Below are positions 47,542 through 59,820 of a stretch of DNA of 64,000 bases, piece after piece. The DNA is from Macrostomum hystrix (lineage: Eukaryota; Animalia; Platyhelminthes): assembly GCA_950097015.1 (NCBI GenBank), contig CATNEN010000003.1:2418001-2482000 (forward strand). Direction: 5' to 3'. The number at the start of each line of letters is the position of its first letter. Positions within the stretch are counted from its first letter, which is position 1. The notes under the pieces were generated by a model, which did not search any database, had not been told where the DNA came from, and was given only the letters and a program-made list of their open reading frames with translations. The position numbers and the translations under genes are program-made.

Positions 47542-50500
47542 AGGCGTCGTCGAGACAGCAGCCGCGGCAACCGCAGCAGCAGCAGCGGCAGAGGCTGAAT
47601 GATGATGAACGCCAACCGACGAGGACGAAGCTTGTGGTCCGCCAAAGCCGAGACATTGAAGGCTGTGAAGGTCACCGCTTCGGCGATCCTGTTTAGGGAA
47701 TTATTTGGTGGTTTTTGGATTTAGGTGTCCATCCTTAAAGACACAATGTCCATCCTCAAAGACACAATGTCCATCCTTAAAGACACAATGTCCATCCTCA
47801 AAGACACAGTGTCCATCCTCAAAGACACTATATTCATCCTCAAAGACACTATATTCACCCTAAAAGACACGATGTCCATCCTCAAAGACACAATGTCAAT
47901 CCTCAAAGACACGATGTCAATCCTCAAAGACACAGTGTCAATTCTTAAAGACACAATGTCCATCCTCAAAGACACAATGTCAATCCTCAAAGACACAGTG
48001 TCAATTCTTAAAGACACAATGTCCATCCTTAAAGACACAATGTCCATCCTCAAAGACACAATGTCAATTCTTAAAGACACAATGTCCATCCTCAAAGACA
48101 CAATGTCCATCCTTAAAGACACAATGTCCATCCTTAAAGACACAATGTCCATCCTCAAAGACACAATGTCCATCCTCAAAGACACAATGTCCATCCTTAA
48201 AGACACAATGTCCATCCTCAAAGACACAATGTCCATCCTCAAAGACACTATATTCACCCTAAAAGACACGATGTCCATCCTCAAAGACACAATGTCCATC
48301 CTCAAAGACACTATATTCACCCTAAAAGACACGATGTCCATCCTCAAAGACACAATGTCCATCCTCAAAGACACAATGTCAATTCTTAAAGACACAATGT
48401 CCATCCTTAAAGACACAATGTCCATCCTTAAAGACACAATGTCCATCCTCAAAGACACAATGTCCATCCTCAAAGACACTATATTCACCCTAAAAGACAC
48501 AATGTCCATCCTCAAAGACACAGTGTCCATCCTCAAAGACACTATATTCATCCTCAAAGACACTATATTCACCCTAAAAGACACAATGTCCATCCTCAAA
48601 GACACAGTGTCCATCCTCAAAGACACAGTGTCCATCCTCAAAGACACTATATTCATCCTCAAAGACACTATATTCACCCTAAAAGACACGATGTCCATCC
48701 TCAAAGACACAATGTCCATCCTCAAAGACACGATGTCCATCCTCAAAGACACAGTGTCCATCCTCAAAGACACTATATTCATCCTCAAAGAAACAATGTC
48801 CATCCTCAAAGACACTATATTCATCCTCAAAGACACAATGTCCATCCTCAAAGACACAATGTCAATCCTCAAAGACACGATGTCCATCCTCAAAGACACA
48901 GTGTCCATCCTCAAAGACACGATGTCCAGCCTTAAAGACACAATGTCCATCCTCAAAGACACAATGTGTATCCTCAAAGACACAGTGTCCATCCTCATAG
49001 ACACGATGTCCATCCTCAAAGACACAATGTCAATCCTCAAAGACACAGTGTCCATCCTCAAAGACACAATGTGTATCCTCAAAGACACAGTGTCCATCCT
49101 CATAGACACGATGTCCATCCTCAAAGACACAATGTCAATCCTCAAAGACACAGTGTCAATCCTCAAAGACACAGTGTCAATTCTTAAAGACACAATGTCC
49201 ATCCTCAAAGACACAATGTCAATCCTCAAAGACACAGTGTCAATTCTTAAAGACACAATGTCCATCCTTAAAGACACAATGTCCATCCTCAAAGACACAA
49301 TGTCAATTCTTAAAGACACAATGTCCATCCTCAAAGACACAATGTCCATCCTTAAAGACACAATGTCCATCCTTAAAGACACAATGTCCATCCTCAAAGA
49401 CACAATGTCCATCCTCAAAGACACAATGTCCATCCTTAAAGACACAATGTCCATCCTCAAAGACACAATGTCCATCCTCAAAGACACTATATTTACCCTA
49501 AAAGACACGATGTCCATCCTCAAAGACACAATGTCCATCCTCAAAGACACTATATTCACCCTAAAAGACACGATGTCCATCCTCAAAGACACAATGTCCA
49601 TCCTCAAAGACACAATGTCAATTCTTAAAGACACAATGTCCATCCTTAAAGACACAATGTCCATCCTTAAAGACACAATGTCCATCCTCAAAGACACAAT
49701 GTCCATCCTCAAAGACACTATATTCACCCTAAAAGACACAATGTCCATCCTCAAAGACACAATGTCCATCCTCAAAGACACAGTGTCCATCCTCAAAGAC
49801 ACAATGTCCATCCTCAAAGACACAGTGTCCATCCTCAAAGACACAATGTCCATCCTCAAAGACACAGTGTCCATCCTCAAAGACACAATGTCCATCCTCA
49901 AAGACACTATATTCATCCTCAAAGACACTATATTCATCCTCAAAGACACTATATTCACCCTAAAAGACACGATGTCCATCCTCAAAGACACAATGTCCAT
50001 CCTCAAAGACACAATGTCAATCCTCAAAGACACGATGTCCATCCTCAAAGACACAGTGTCCATCCTCAAAGACACGATGTCCAGCCTTAAAGACACAATG
50101 TCCATCCTCAAAGACACAATGTGTATCCTCAAAGACACAGTGTCCATCCTCATAGACACGATGTCAATCCTCAAAGACACAATTTCCAACCTCAAAGACA
50201 CAATGTCCATCCTTAAAGACACAATGTCCATCCTTAAAGACACAATGTCCATCCTCAAAGACACTATATTCACCCTAAAAGACACAATGTCCATCCTCAA
50301 AGACACAGTGTCCATCCTCAAAGACACTATATTCATCCTCAGAGACACTATATTCATCCTCAAAGAAACAATGTCCATCCTCAAAGACACTATATTCATC
50401 CTCAAAGACACTATATTCACCCTAAAAGACACGATGTCCATCCTCAAAGACACAATGTCCATCCTCAAAGACACAGTGTCCATCCTCAAAGACACTATAT

Positions 50501-52011
50501 TCATCCTCAAAGACACTATATTTACCCTAAAAGACACGATGTCCATCCTCAAAGACACAATGTCAATCCTCAAAGACACGATGTCAATCCTCAAAGACAC
50601 AGTGTCAATTCTTAAAGACACAATGTCCATCCTCAAAGACACAATGTCAATCCTCAAAGACACAGTGTCAATTCTTAAAGACACAATGTCCATCCTTAAA
50701 GACACAATGTCCATCCTCAAAGACACAATGTCAATTCTTAAAGACACAATGTCCATCCTCAAAGACACAATGTCCATCCTTAAAGACACAATGTCCATCC
50801 TTAAAGACACAATGTCCATCCTTAAAGACACGATGTCAATCCTCAAAGACACAATGTCAATCCTCAAAGACACGATGTCAATCCTCAAAGACACGATGTC
50901 CATCCTTAAAGACACGATGTCAATCCTCAAAGACACAATGTCAATCCTCAAAGACACGATGTCAATCCTCAAAGACACAATGTCCATCCTCAAAGACACA
51001 ATGTCAATTCTTAAAGACACAATGTCCATCCTCAAAGACACAATGTCCATCCTCAAAGACACAGTGCCCATCCTCAAAGACACAATGTCCATCCTCAAAG
51101 ACGCAATGTCCATCCTCAAAAACAGAATGTCCATCCTCAAAGACACAATGTCCATCCTCAAAGACACAATGTGTATCCTCAAAGACACAATGTCCATCCT
51201 CAAAGACACAATGTCCATCCTCAAAGACACAGTGCCCATCCTCAAAGACACAATGTCCATCCTCAAAGTCATAATGTCCATCCTCAAAACAGAATGTCCA
51301 CACTTACCTTCTCTCCATAATAGTGTTTATAGAAGCCGGATCCCTGAAAATTTCGAGAGTTTTCAAGGTTAATTGTATTTTTGATAGGCAATTCGCATAC
51401 TAACTACTTGCGACAAAACAAGATAAATAAGTAGTATAAGCTGGTCATGATGTGGATCTAATAAATGTCAAATTGGACGTATCTGAAAGCAGCCAATAAA
51501 ACAAAGCTTTTATAAATGTGACATATCCTAAAATGGGATATTTTAGCCTAATCTCTATGTAGTTAATTTCGTGATTAGAAATAACATCAAAGCAAGCTTT
51601 GAGTCCTTTGATGATATTCACAACCTTCTATATAGAGTTTGTTATACATTTAAATATTAAATCTAGCAGCCATCCTTAGTTTGATCCCAGTCTCAGCGGG
51701 ATCAGGCTCCCTATAATATCCCAATTGTACCCAGCATCAAAAATAGTATATGTAGAGACTGTTTGTCCGCTGTTTCCATTCCCTATAATTATCCACCTGT
51801 CCATATAAAAACTGCGAAGTTTGAGATGTTCAGAAGCTATACCATAAACATGACACCTCGATACAGGTTCACAAAATAAATTGAAATAGGGATAATTTTC
51901 CCAGCGGGGCTGTATATTACGTCCTAAATTTTCATGTCTTTAATACGGACGAAATTTGAGAAAGGTTAAACTCACCTGCCATCCATTTGAGTCGATTGCT
52001 AGAAAAGACAT
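43146..52011 (-). CDS. TFAP2: Transcription factor AP-2
   Basis: Exons: 52011-51976 ([12 protein letters not shown]), optional 51343-51308, 47688-47107 (DRRSGD…[11 protein letters not shown], polyQ), 46598-46544, 46442-46080 ([52 protein letters not shown]), 44257-44113 ([18 protein letters not shown]) and 43437-43146 ([12 protein letters not shown]). All phases are compatible. Confidence 0.95.
43543..43996. repeat. 18-bp minisatellite (atgggatctttcctgaat) in a TFAP2 intron
   Basis: About 25 copies. Confidence 0.97.
44269..44730. repeat. 18-bp minisatellite (aatgggatctaaatagac) with a degenerate continuation, in a TFAP2 intron
   Basis: About 11 clean copies next to the acceptor, followed by decayed gggatc units. 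Confidence 0.9.
45615..46070. repeat. 31-bp minisatellite (ctcgccctctcgcccatccaaagtctatcct) in a TFAP2 intron
   Basis: Tandem copies abut the donor at 46079. Confidence 0.9.
46700..47090. repeat. ~16-bp CT-rich minisatellite (tgtctcatctctcccc) in a TFAP2 intron
   Basis: Degenerate tandem copies. Confidence 0.85.
47725..51290. repeat. 21-bp minisatellite (atgtccatcctcaaagacaca), about 170 copies, in a TFAP2 intron
   Basis: Fills the intron between the donor at 51307 and the acceptor at 47689. Confidence 0.98.
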
Positions 52012-53483
52012 TTATTCGGACAATAAGGCTCGCACTTTTTATTTTAGAGGGCCGGACACTCTATTATATTGTCTATGGCCCGAGGACAGAACGATGTAAC
52101 AGGCCCTATAATAACAGACTCTATGCTGTTAAGTGTGGTGAGACTGTCTCACACAGGCCTTCAGGCTAGCTATGCACTGTGTTGCAGAATCTGTCTCAGG
52201 AACTCTCTCTCTGTTGCTTTAACCCGCGGCCAAAGTCTCTTCTTTTTTTCTCCCCACTGCTGTCTCTCTCTGTGTCTCTCTGTCTTAATTCTCTGTTGCT
52301 TCTGGGAATGTCGCGAGAAGACAAAAAAGAACAGAGCCTGCGGTGGGAGGGCTTCGAAAATTGTGTTTGAGGCCTCGGACTGACTGTGACAGTTGCCTTT
52401 GGCTGGTCGGAGATGCCAGAGCTCGGACAGCGGAACAAGGGCCCTCGGGTAGTTCCGCATCTCCTCCTTATCCCCTGCTTTGCTGGGCCGAATATTTTCT
52501 CTCCCATTTTCCCCCGCAGACACTGGATGGCTGGAGGGGGGAGCTTCAAGCGGAGACTGCAGCGGGGCTGCCGCGGACCTATAGAATTTGTCCGAGAGCG
52601 ATTTTCCCCCCAAACCCCAACCCCTCCTCCGCAGATCCCCGGAGCAAAATATCCCCCCTCCCATCACCATTTCCTTCTATTCCGCATCCTCTCCAAGATA
52701 GTTGCTTTGGTGGCTGCATGCGCTGCTTCAGGGCTATTAGCTTGGTATGGAGGGAGAATTTCGTGAGGATAAAAATCCCCGCCTAATACAGCATCTTCTA
52801 GTCTTGACTTTCTCTTCCTACAGAATTCAATTTTCTAGCCGTCAGCATATACTCGTCTCTAATAATATCCCATAATAGGAGATGGGTCATTTCCCTTCCC
52901 TCCCTACCAAGTTCCCCAGTTGGTTAATGCCCTCAGGGCACGTGAGAGAAAGTTACAGAGAGAGCGCAAAGTCTTTGGACTGCACAATTACATTAATATA
53001 TTTTGGTAGATTACATTTCGCCTATATAGACCCAGCCTTTATCCTTGTATAACTTGGAAACTGTCGGACCATTAGTGAATTTTTTAGCCCAAACACGTTC
53101 AGTTGCTATGCGCTGGGGTAGTAACAGGTTGAAATAACGAAAGAAAGAATAAGCTTTTGTGTCGCCATAAGATTTCGTGCCGGTTCAAATTATACAAAAA
53201 TTATTTATGGTAAACTTTGGCCAACTCAGAAATCGATAGTTTATAGCAACCATTTTTCGGACCAATATTATTTTCTGTTGCAATTTTTGCTTCAGGCGGT
53301 TTTGACTTTGTAAATTGCAGTTGATCTGTGTGCGCTTCAGGGGATCAATTAGCATTTGTTTTTTACCTCATATACGCGGCTGACGCGATGGGTTGAAGAT
53401 TATTGGCTTTACATGCCTCTGCCGAAAAACTATCATCTCTTTGCCTTATCTTTTGAGCTAATTGGACCGCTATCTGTTGACTG

Positions 53484-53995
53484 ATAGGGGTGTTATCTGT
53501 GGGCTAAGAGGGGTGCTATCTATGGGCTATGAGGGGTGCTATCTATGGGCTAAGAGGGGTGCTATCTATGGGCTAATAGGGGTGCTATCTATGGGCTAAT
53601 AGGGGTGCTATCTATGGGCTAATAGGGGTGCTATCTATGGGCTAATAGGGGTGCTATCTATGGGCTAAGAGGGATGCTATCTATGGGCTATGAGGGGTGC
53701 TATCTATGGGCTATGAGGGGTGCTATCTATGGGCTAATAGGGGTGCTATCTATGGGCTAATAGGGGTGCTATCTATGGGCTAAGAGGGGTGCTATCTATG
53801 GGCTAAGAGGGGTGCTATCTATGGGCTATGAGGGGTGCTATCTATGGGCTAAGAGGGGTGCTATCTATGGGCTAATAGGGGTGTTATCTGTGGGCTAAGA
53901 GGGGTGCTATCTATGGGCTATGAGGGGTGCTATCTATGGGCTAAGAGGGGTGCTATCTATGGGCTAAGAGGGGTGCTATCTGTGGGGCTAATAGG
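53484..53995. repeat. 23-bp minisatellite (gaggggtgctatctatgggctat)
   Basis: About 22 copies. Confidence 0.95.
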
Positions 53996-54576
53996 AGTGA
54001 TATTTATGGCATAAGTGACATATTATAGCTCTCGCCATGCGTGCCGAGTTTATTTTTCTGAATCTGAAAGGGGGAAAATTATGCAAATGCGAAAATCAAA
54101 CAGAATTTCGAATAAAATAACGGGACAAAGAACTCAAGAAAGTGTATGCGGAGACAAAGCTTCAAAAGGATGAAACTAAAATGTTTTGAGCACTGCAGAG
54201 ACTCAAGCAATTATCTCTATAATAGGCCAGCATCCGCCCCAATAGTCATTTCCACATAAAGCTTCATTGATGAATTTCCTTTGAATTTGAAATAGTCTTT
54301 CGCAAATACTGATTCCATTTTTAAAAGAAATTTCGGTAGACAAAAACTGCTGAAAATTCAAAGACAATTTGAGCATGCATTGACGACCATTTTGTTATAA
54401 ACAATACTCAATTTAACTTTATATTAAATTCTTTTTGGTCTTCAAACAAGCCAACTGCATGTCATTGTCTTCTGCTTTTCCATCAGATGTCACTTTGCCT
54501 TTCTATATTACATCCATCGCTTCATCCATCTGTTATGGATATATCACTGGCGTCACTCCCCGGCATTGGAGGTTCC

Positions 54577-54810
54577 TCCTCTCTCACCCTCTCTACTCCT
54601 CCCTTCTCAACTCTCTTCTCTTGCCTCTCTACTTCTCTCTCACCCTCTCTTACCCTCTCTCACCCTATCTACTCCTCCATTCTCTCCTCTCTTCTCTCGC
54701 CTCTCTACTTCTCTCTCACCCTCTCTCACCCTCTCTCACCCTCTCTCCCTCTCTCTCACCCTCTCTCACCCTCTCTCACCCTCTCCCACACTCTCTCACC
54801 CTCTCTCCTT
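54577..54810. repeat. CT-rich low-complexity repeat (ctctctcacc)n
   Basis: Read directly from the sequence. Confidence 0.85.
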
Positions 54811-56056
54811 TCACTTCCTAGTCTTCTCCCGTTTTTCGTCTGTCGATCGCTTTCTTATAACGAGGGTGCCACAAAAATAGCGTATTTTCATATTTTCCGA
54901 TGACATCTTCATCGAAAATTGTGTTTATTGCTTTGCCAAGAAAAATCTTTAATAGAAGCAGAATCTTATCTAAAATTTAGTTCTAATATTTGATGGATTA
55001 AAGGATTAAAGATTGCAACAAAACACGAAGCGCAATCCGAAAATATGAAGCTTTTTTGTTACAATTTGGACTAGACAATGAAGCCCAGTTATTTTGGCAA
55101 ACATCGAAACACTAACGCTGGAGGCAATGAGCCAGAACGAGATCGCACACTGCACCCCATCATCAGGAAGAGAGGATTATAGCCAACCAGATTTCTCGAT
55201 GCCTTGATGTTTAAGCCTCCCTATAAGCCCCAACAACAAGCCGACAACATCTCAAGTATGAAAGAGATATTTTTAAAAAGGGTAGATTATCAGCCACTGG
55301 CTTAACGCGTTTCTAATGACAACAACCAAATAAACTGTCAAACCATTTTCACAGATAAAGATTTTTTCTAATCGATAACACTGCATGGATAGGATAAGTT
55401 TCTGTTGGAATAAACCTTGCGGCTATTCATTTATAGTTGGGTTTTAGACAATTTTCGGCATAGAAATGCGACTGAATTATAATGAAGCACTGACTTAACA
55501 CTTCTCGATATTAGTTTTTTTGAAGTGCCGCAGCAGAATGTGTGAATAATATTATAGAAACGTAATATATCTGGCTAGTCCTCTGGGAGATAGACACTTA
55601 CATAGACAGCCACACACCGCGTGATTTCTATAGGCCAAAGATGCGAGGAAATGATAAAAAAGATAATTTCTCTTCTTCTATCTCTCCATAGATATAGCCC
55701 GTACATATACTGAAACACTTGGCAAAGTTTCTTGGAAAAAAGAGAAAGGGATTAACGTTATACAACTCAGCCTGCATGAGTATTGCATTGGTTGGGGGAT
55801 CTGGGAAGATAAAGGCTGTATAATCCCCAGCCCGCGGCAATTTCAAATCCCGCTATATAGAATAGAAATATACCAGATAGAGACTCAGCTGTGCAAGTGT
55901 GCAAGCGAGCAGACAGTAAGCACACAGCAATGCTAATTTCTGCATTATCCATCAGCTCTGTCTCTGATTCTCTGTCTTTCTCTTGATATGCGACAGAAAG
56001 AGGTAGAGAGACAATCAAATAGTGAACGGGATAGACTGTAGAAAAATTGACGATAC

Positions 56057-56635
56057 TAGAGAGAGGGTAAGAGAGTGAGAGAGGATGTGAGAGAGGATGA
56101 GAGAGTGTGAGAGAGGGTAAGAGAGTGTGAGAGAGGATGAGAGAATGTGAGAGAGGATGAGAGAATGTGAGAGAGGATGAGAGAATGTGAGAGAGGATGA
56201 GAGAGTGCGAGAGAGGATGAGAGAATGTGAGAGAGGATGAGAGAGTGCGAGAGAGGATGAGAGAGTGTGAAAGAGTGAGAGAGAGGATGAGAGAGAGTGA
56301 GAGAGTGCGAGAGAGGATGAGAGAGTGTGAAAGAGTGCGAGAGAGGATGAGAGAGTGTGAGAGAGTGAGAGAGTGCGAGAGAGGATGAGAGAGTGTGAGA
56401 GAGTGAGAGAGTGCGAGAGAGGATGAGAGAGTGTGAAAGAGTGCGAGAGAGGATGAGAGAGTGTGAGAGAGTGTGAGAGAGGATGAGAGAGGATGAGAGA
56501 GTGTGAAAGAGTGCGAGAGAGGATGAGAGAGTGTGAGAGAGTGAGAGAGTGTGAGAGTGGGTGAGAGTGTGAGAGAGGATGAGAGAGTGTGAGAGAGGGA
56601 CAGAGGGAGAGAGAGAGCGGGAGAGAGGAGAGAGG
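56057..56635. repeat. GA-rich repeat (gagaggatgagagagtgtga)n, left block
   Basis: Read directly from the sequence. Confidence 0.95.
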
Positions 56636-56723
56636 ACACTGCCCTTTGAATTAAAAAAATCAAATGTTGAAATTGCTTCCGATATGTATCGAAAAAATTG
56701 AAATCAGGATTCGACCCAAGGCA

Positions 56724-56766
56724 ACTCCAGACGCGTTTCGCTCTTATTGGAGCTCATCAGTAGAGT
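56724..56766 (-). ncRNA. Type I hammerhead ribozyme with a canonical core
   Basis: The minus strand reads ACTCTA-CTGATGA-GCTC-caataa-GAGC-GAA-ACGCGT-C-TGGAGT. Stem I is ACUCUA/UGGAGU, stem II is GCUC/GAGC, and stem III is the minimal palindrome ACGCGU. GUC cleavage is predicted between 56730 and 56729. Confidence 0.85.
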
Positions 56767-56937
56767 CCAGCCTAGCGCTCCAGCCTAGCGCTCTAGACTT
56801 TAGGCTATAGGCGCTTGTTCAAATCCAGCTTTCAATCTCAACATATCGTAATCGATTCGGCAGCGCCCCGCAAATCAATCCATACTCAGTCAACTCCGTG
56901 GCACTGACTCGGTCGTACGAGACGCCGGTGCTGGCCT

Positions 56938-57498
56938 GAGAGAGAGTGAGAGAGGAGAGAGAGTGAGAGAGTGTGAGAGAGGATGAGAGAGTGTGAGAGA
57001 GGATGAGAGAGTGTGAGAGAGGATGAGAGAGTGTGAGAGAGAGTTAGAGAGTGTGAGAGAGGATGAGAGAGTGTGAGAGAGAGTTAGAGAGTGTGAGAGA
57101 GGATGAGAGAGTGTGAGAGAGGATGAGAGAGTGTGAGAGAGAGTTAGAGAGTGTGAGAGAGGATGAGAGAGTGTGAGAGAGGGTGAGAGAGTGTGAGAGA
57201 GAGTTAGAGAGTGTAAGAGAGGATGAGAGAGTGTGAGAGAGGATGAGAGAGTGTGAGAGAGGATGAGAGAGTGTAAGAGAGGATGAGAGAGTGTGAGAGA
57301 GGATGAGAGAGTGTGAGAGAGGATGAGAGTGTGAGAGAGAGTTAGAGAGTGTGAGAGAGGATGAGAGAGTGTGAGAGAGGATGAGAGAGTGTGAGAGAGG
57401 ATGAGAGAGTGTGAGAGAGGATGAGAGAGTGTGAGAGAGGGTGAGAGAGTGTGAGAGAGGATGAGAGAGTGTGAGAGAGTGTGAGAGAGGGTGAGAGG
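56938..57498. repeat. GA-rich repeat (gagaggatgagagagtgtga)n, right block
   Basis: Same unit family as 56057-56635. Confidence 0.95.
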
Positions 57499-58039
57499 AA
57501 GCAGGATAAGGGGAGAGCCAGGATAGTTAGATAAGCTAAATAAATTCAGAAAGCAAGCAATGCTCAAAAAGATGATAAAAAGTAGCACAACAACTGCAGT
57601 GACCATTACCCCAACGATCATACGATTGTTTATAATAATATTTGATCAAGAAGTCGCGAGTGACTCCTAGATCACGTGGCTGCTAATCTAATTTTCTGTT
57701 TTACGCAACTCACCAAAAGAAACTTGACTTTGATTTTCCTCTTTACCATAAATGCACAATCAAGTGAAATGTTGTGTTTAGCTTTTTCTAAGTAGGTATT
57801 TGCGCAATTTCTCAAATTAGTTGCTATGCGTCCGTCGCGTGGGCAGTATAGCTGAATCCACACCCTCCCAATTAATCTAATTGAGATAAGACTTTCGATA
57901 TTTTGCTGTCATTATCTCATACCTTGTATCTCCTATTTTGTAAGACTGTTTCTTAGCAGGACTAAATAAGCAAAGCAACACGGGAACAACTTTGAGTATC
58001 AATTTGCTAAATTAATTCTCTACTCGACCCCACGCCGCT

Positions 58040-58194
58040 CGGGATAATCAATAATGCTGCTACCAATTTAACAGCTGGGTGAGCTGAAAAGCAAAGCAAT
58101 GCTAAAGCAGACAAATTGCTTCTGTGGAGTCGGGAATCGAACCACCGACCTTCAAGTTGTGCGTCGGACACTCTAACCACTAGGCTACAACTCC
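58040..58194 (-). mobile_element. tRNA-derived SINE family B copy
   Basis: The reverse complement reads ggagttgtagcctagtggttagagtgtccgacgcacaacttgaaggtcggtggttcgattcccgactcca…cagctcacccagctgttaaattgg, homologous to 21820-21970. Confidence 0.75.
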
Positions 58195-58202
58195 TTGTTG
58201 TC

Positions 58203-58415
58203 GGGGGTCGGTGGTAGAGCGTATATAGAGTTTGCCTATCGCACCGAGGTCCCTGAGCTCGATTCCGCGGCGAAAGTCGTGCCCTTAATTACCAACCCCC
58301 TAGTGAAAGTGTACACTGCCTGACGATGAGAAAGTCAGGACAGATGTACACACCAATAGTTAGCGTTTGCCTGCGTACGGTATCTGTGTGCGTGTGTGCT
58401 CAGGAGTGGCTGCGG
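58203..58415 (+). mobile_element. tRNA-derived SINE family A copy (internally deleted)
   Basis: gggggtcggtggtagagcg…gtccctgagctcgattccgcggcg…gtgtacactgcc…gtatctgtgtgcgtgtgtgctcaggagt matches family A. Confidence 0.8.
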
Positions 58416-59375
58416 TGTCAACAAGCCCAGCGTGTTTTTTTAGTAGCAGTAATAACACAGTAGCCTGTTTCTATTATAAGCATGGTATAGTGTCCAAAAT
58501 TCGTTATTATATCTACAGTATCCTACTGAAAATTAATTAAAACACAAAGCCATTCTTTAATAAGAAGAAAGGTGTCAACAAGTGGCCACCCACAGCCAAA
58601 TCGGACTGGCAAATCGGACAAAAGAAGCAATTGCGCATTTCACACTGACTAAAAAAAGAAGAAAATTGGTCAGTTCTCTTTTTGAAGAAGAAGACAAAGC
58701 TGACAGTCCCGCGGTATAAAAAAAGTCAAAATCTTATACCCACCTGTGAAGCATTTTGTATAATGTGTGCATTTGAAAATATTTTTTTTGTTTTTCAATT
58801 CGGCCTACAGAGAGGTCATAACAGCAGGTGTGTGCAGGCTTGGAATCTTAGGGATAAATGTATTTTTTTCGTGGAATTTATTTCAGAATTTTCTGGCTGG
58901 CAAATCGATCCAGCATCTGTTGCTTTCACAGAAGTCTACTAGCAATTTTCTTTATTTTTAGATAGAAAAAAAATCCAAGTTTTGCAGCAAATTACTTTTG
59001 AATTCCTAAATTATAATCCCTGTCTTCTTTCGTCCTATCTACAGAACAATTCGTTTGAATTTGTAGTGTATGGCAGACTAACAATGCAAAGGATTTCTAT
59101 TGAGGATATTCTCTTTGTAATCTTTTAGAAACCTGCCATTTTCTGCCGTATTATCTGCCTAGTTTCTTTTGTACTGCATATTCGCATCTGTTTAGTTCCC
59201 TAATAATATTTGTGAGAAATAAAATCCTCCTGTCAAGAGTACTCAATGCAGATTTGATAACAATGAGAATAATTCATTTTATCAGGTAAACCTGATGTGA
59301 GCATATGCTCATCAAAGTAGAAAAGGCTTGGGGGCTTTTCGCAAAACTACGCCCATGAGGGCTAAACCTCCGGTC

Positions 59376-59820
59376 CTATGGTTCTTAATAAAGTGGTTTA
59401 TTGTTCCTATTCGAGTAGTCTATAGTTCCTATTCGAGTAGTCTATGGTTCCTATTCGAGTAGTCTATAGTTCCTATTCGAGTAGTCTATGGTTCCTATTC
59501 GAGTAGTCTATGGTTCCTATTCGAGTAGTCTATGGTTCCTATTCGAGTAGTCTATGGTTCCTAATAGAGTAGTCTATGGTTCCTAATAGAGTAGTCTATG
59601 GTTCCTATTCGAGTAGTCTATGGTTCCTATTCGAGTAGTCTATGGTTCCTAATAGAGTGGTCTATAGTTCCTATTCGAGTAGTCTATGGTTACTAATCGA
59701 GTAGTCTATGGTTCCTATTCGAGTAGTCTATGGTTCCTAATCGAGTAGTCTATGGTTCCTAATAGAGTGGTCTATAGTTCCTATTCGAGTAGTCTATGGT
59801 TCCTAATAGAGTAGTCTATG
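59376..59820. repeat. 22-bp minisatellite (tagtctatggttcctattcgag)
   Basis: About 20 copies; a short related array lies at about 24122-24210. Confidence 0.95.

Noticed and set aside
47721-51372. 1188-aa and 1215-aa ORFs on opposite strands
   Set aside because: They are translations of a stop-free 21-bp tandem repeat inside a TFAP2 intron. The frame continuing from the upstream exon stops after a few codons.
52170-52786. Cluster of overlapping 100-166-aa ORFs
   Set aside because: GC-rich 5'UTR/promoter region of TFAP2 with no recognisable protein motifs.
55767-57621. 298-aa and 243-aa Leu/Ser/His-rich minus-strand ORFs
   Set aside because: Translations of the GA-rich simple repeats flanking the ribozyme island.
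58125-58194. Possible tRNA gene (7-bp acceptor stem GGAGTTG/CGACTCC)
   Set aside because: The anticodon and T stems are broken and the sequence continues into a SINE body shared with 21820-21970, so it is a SINE head.
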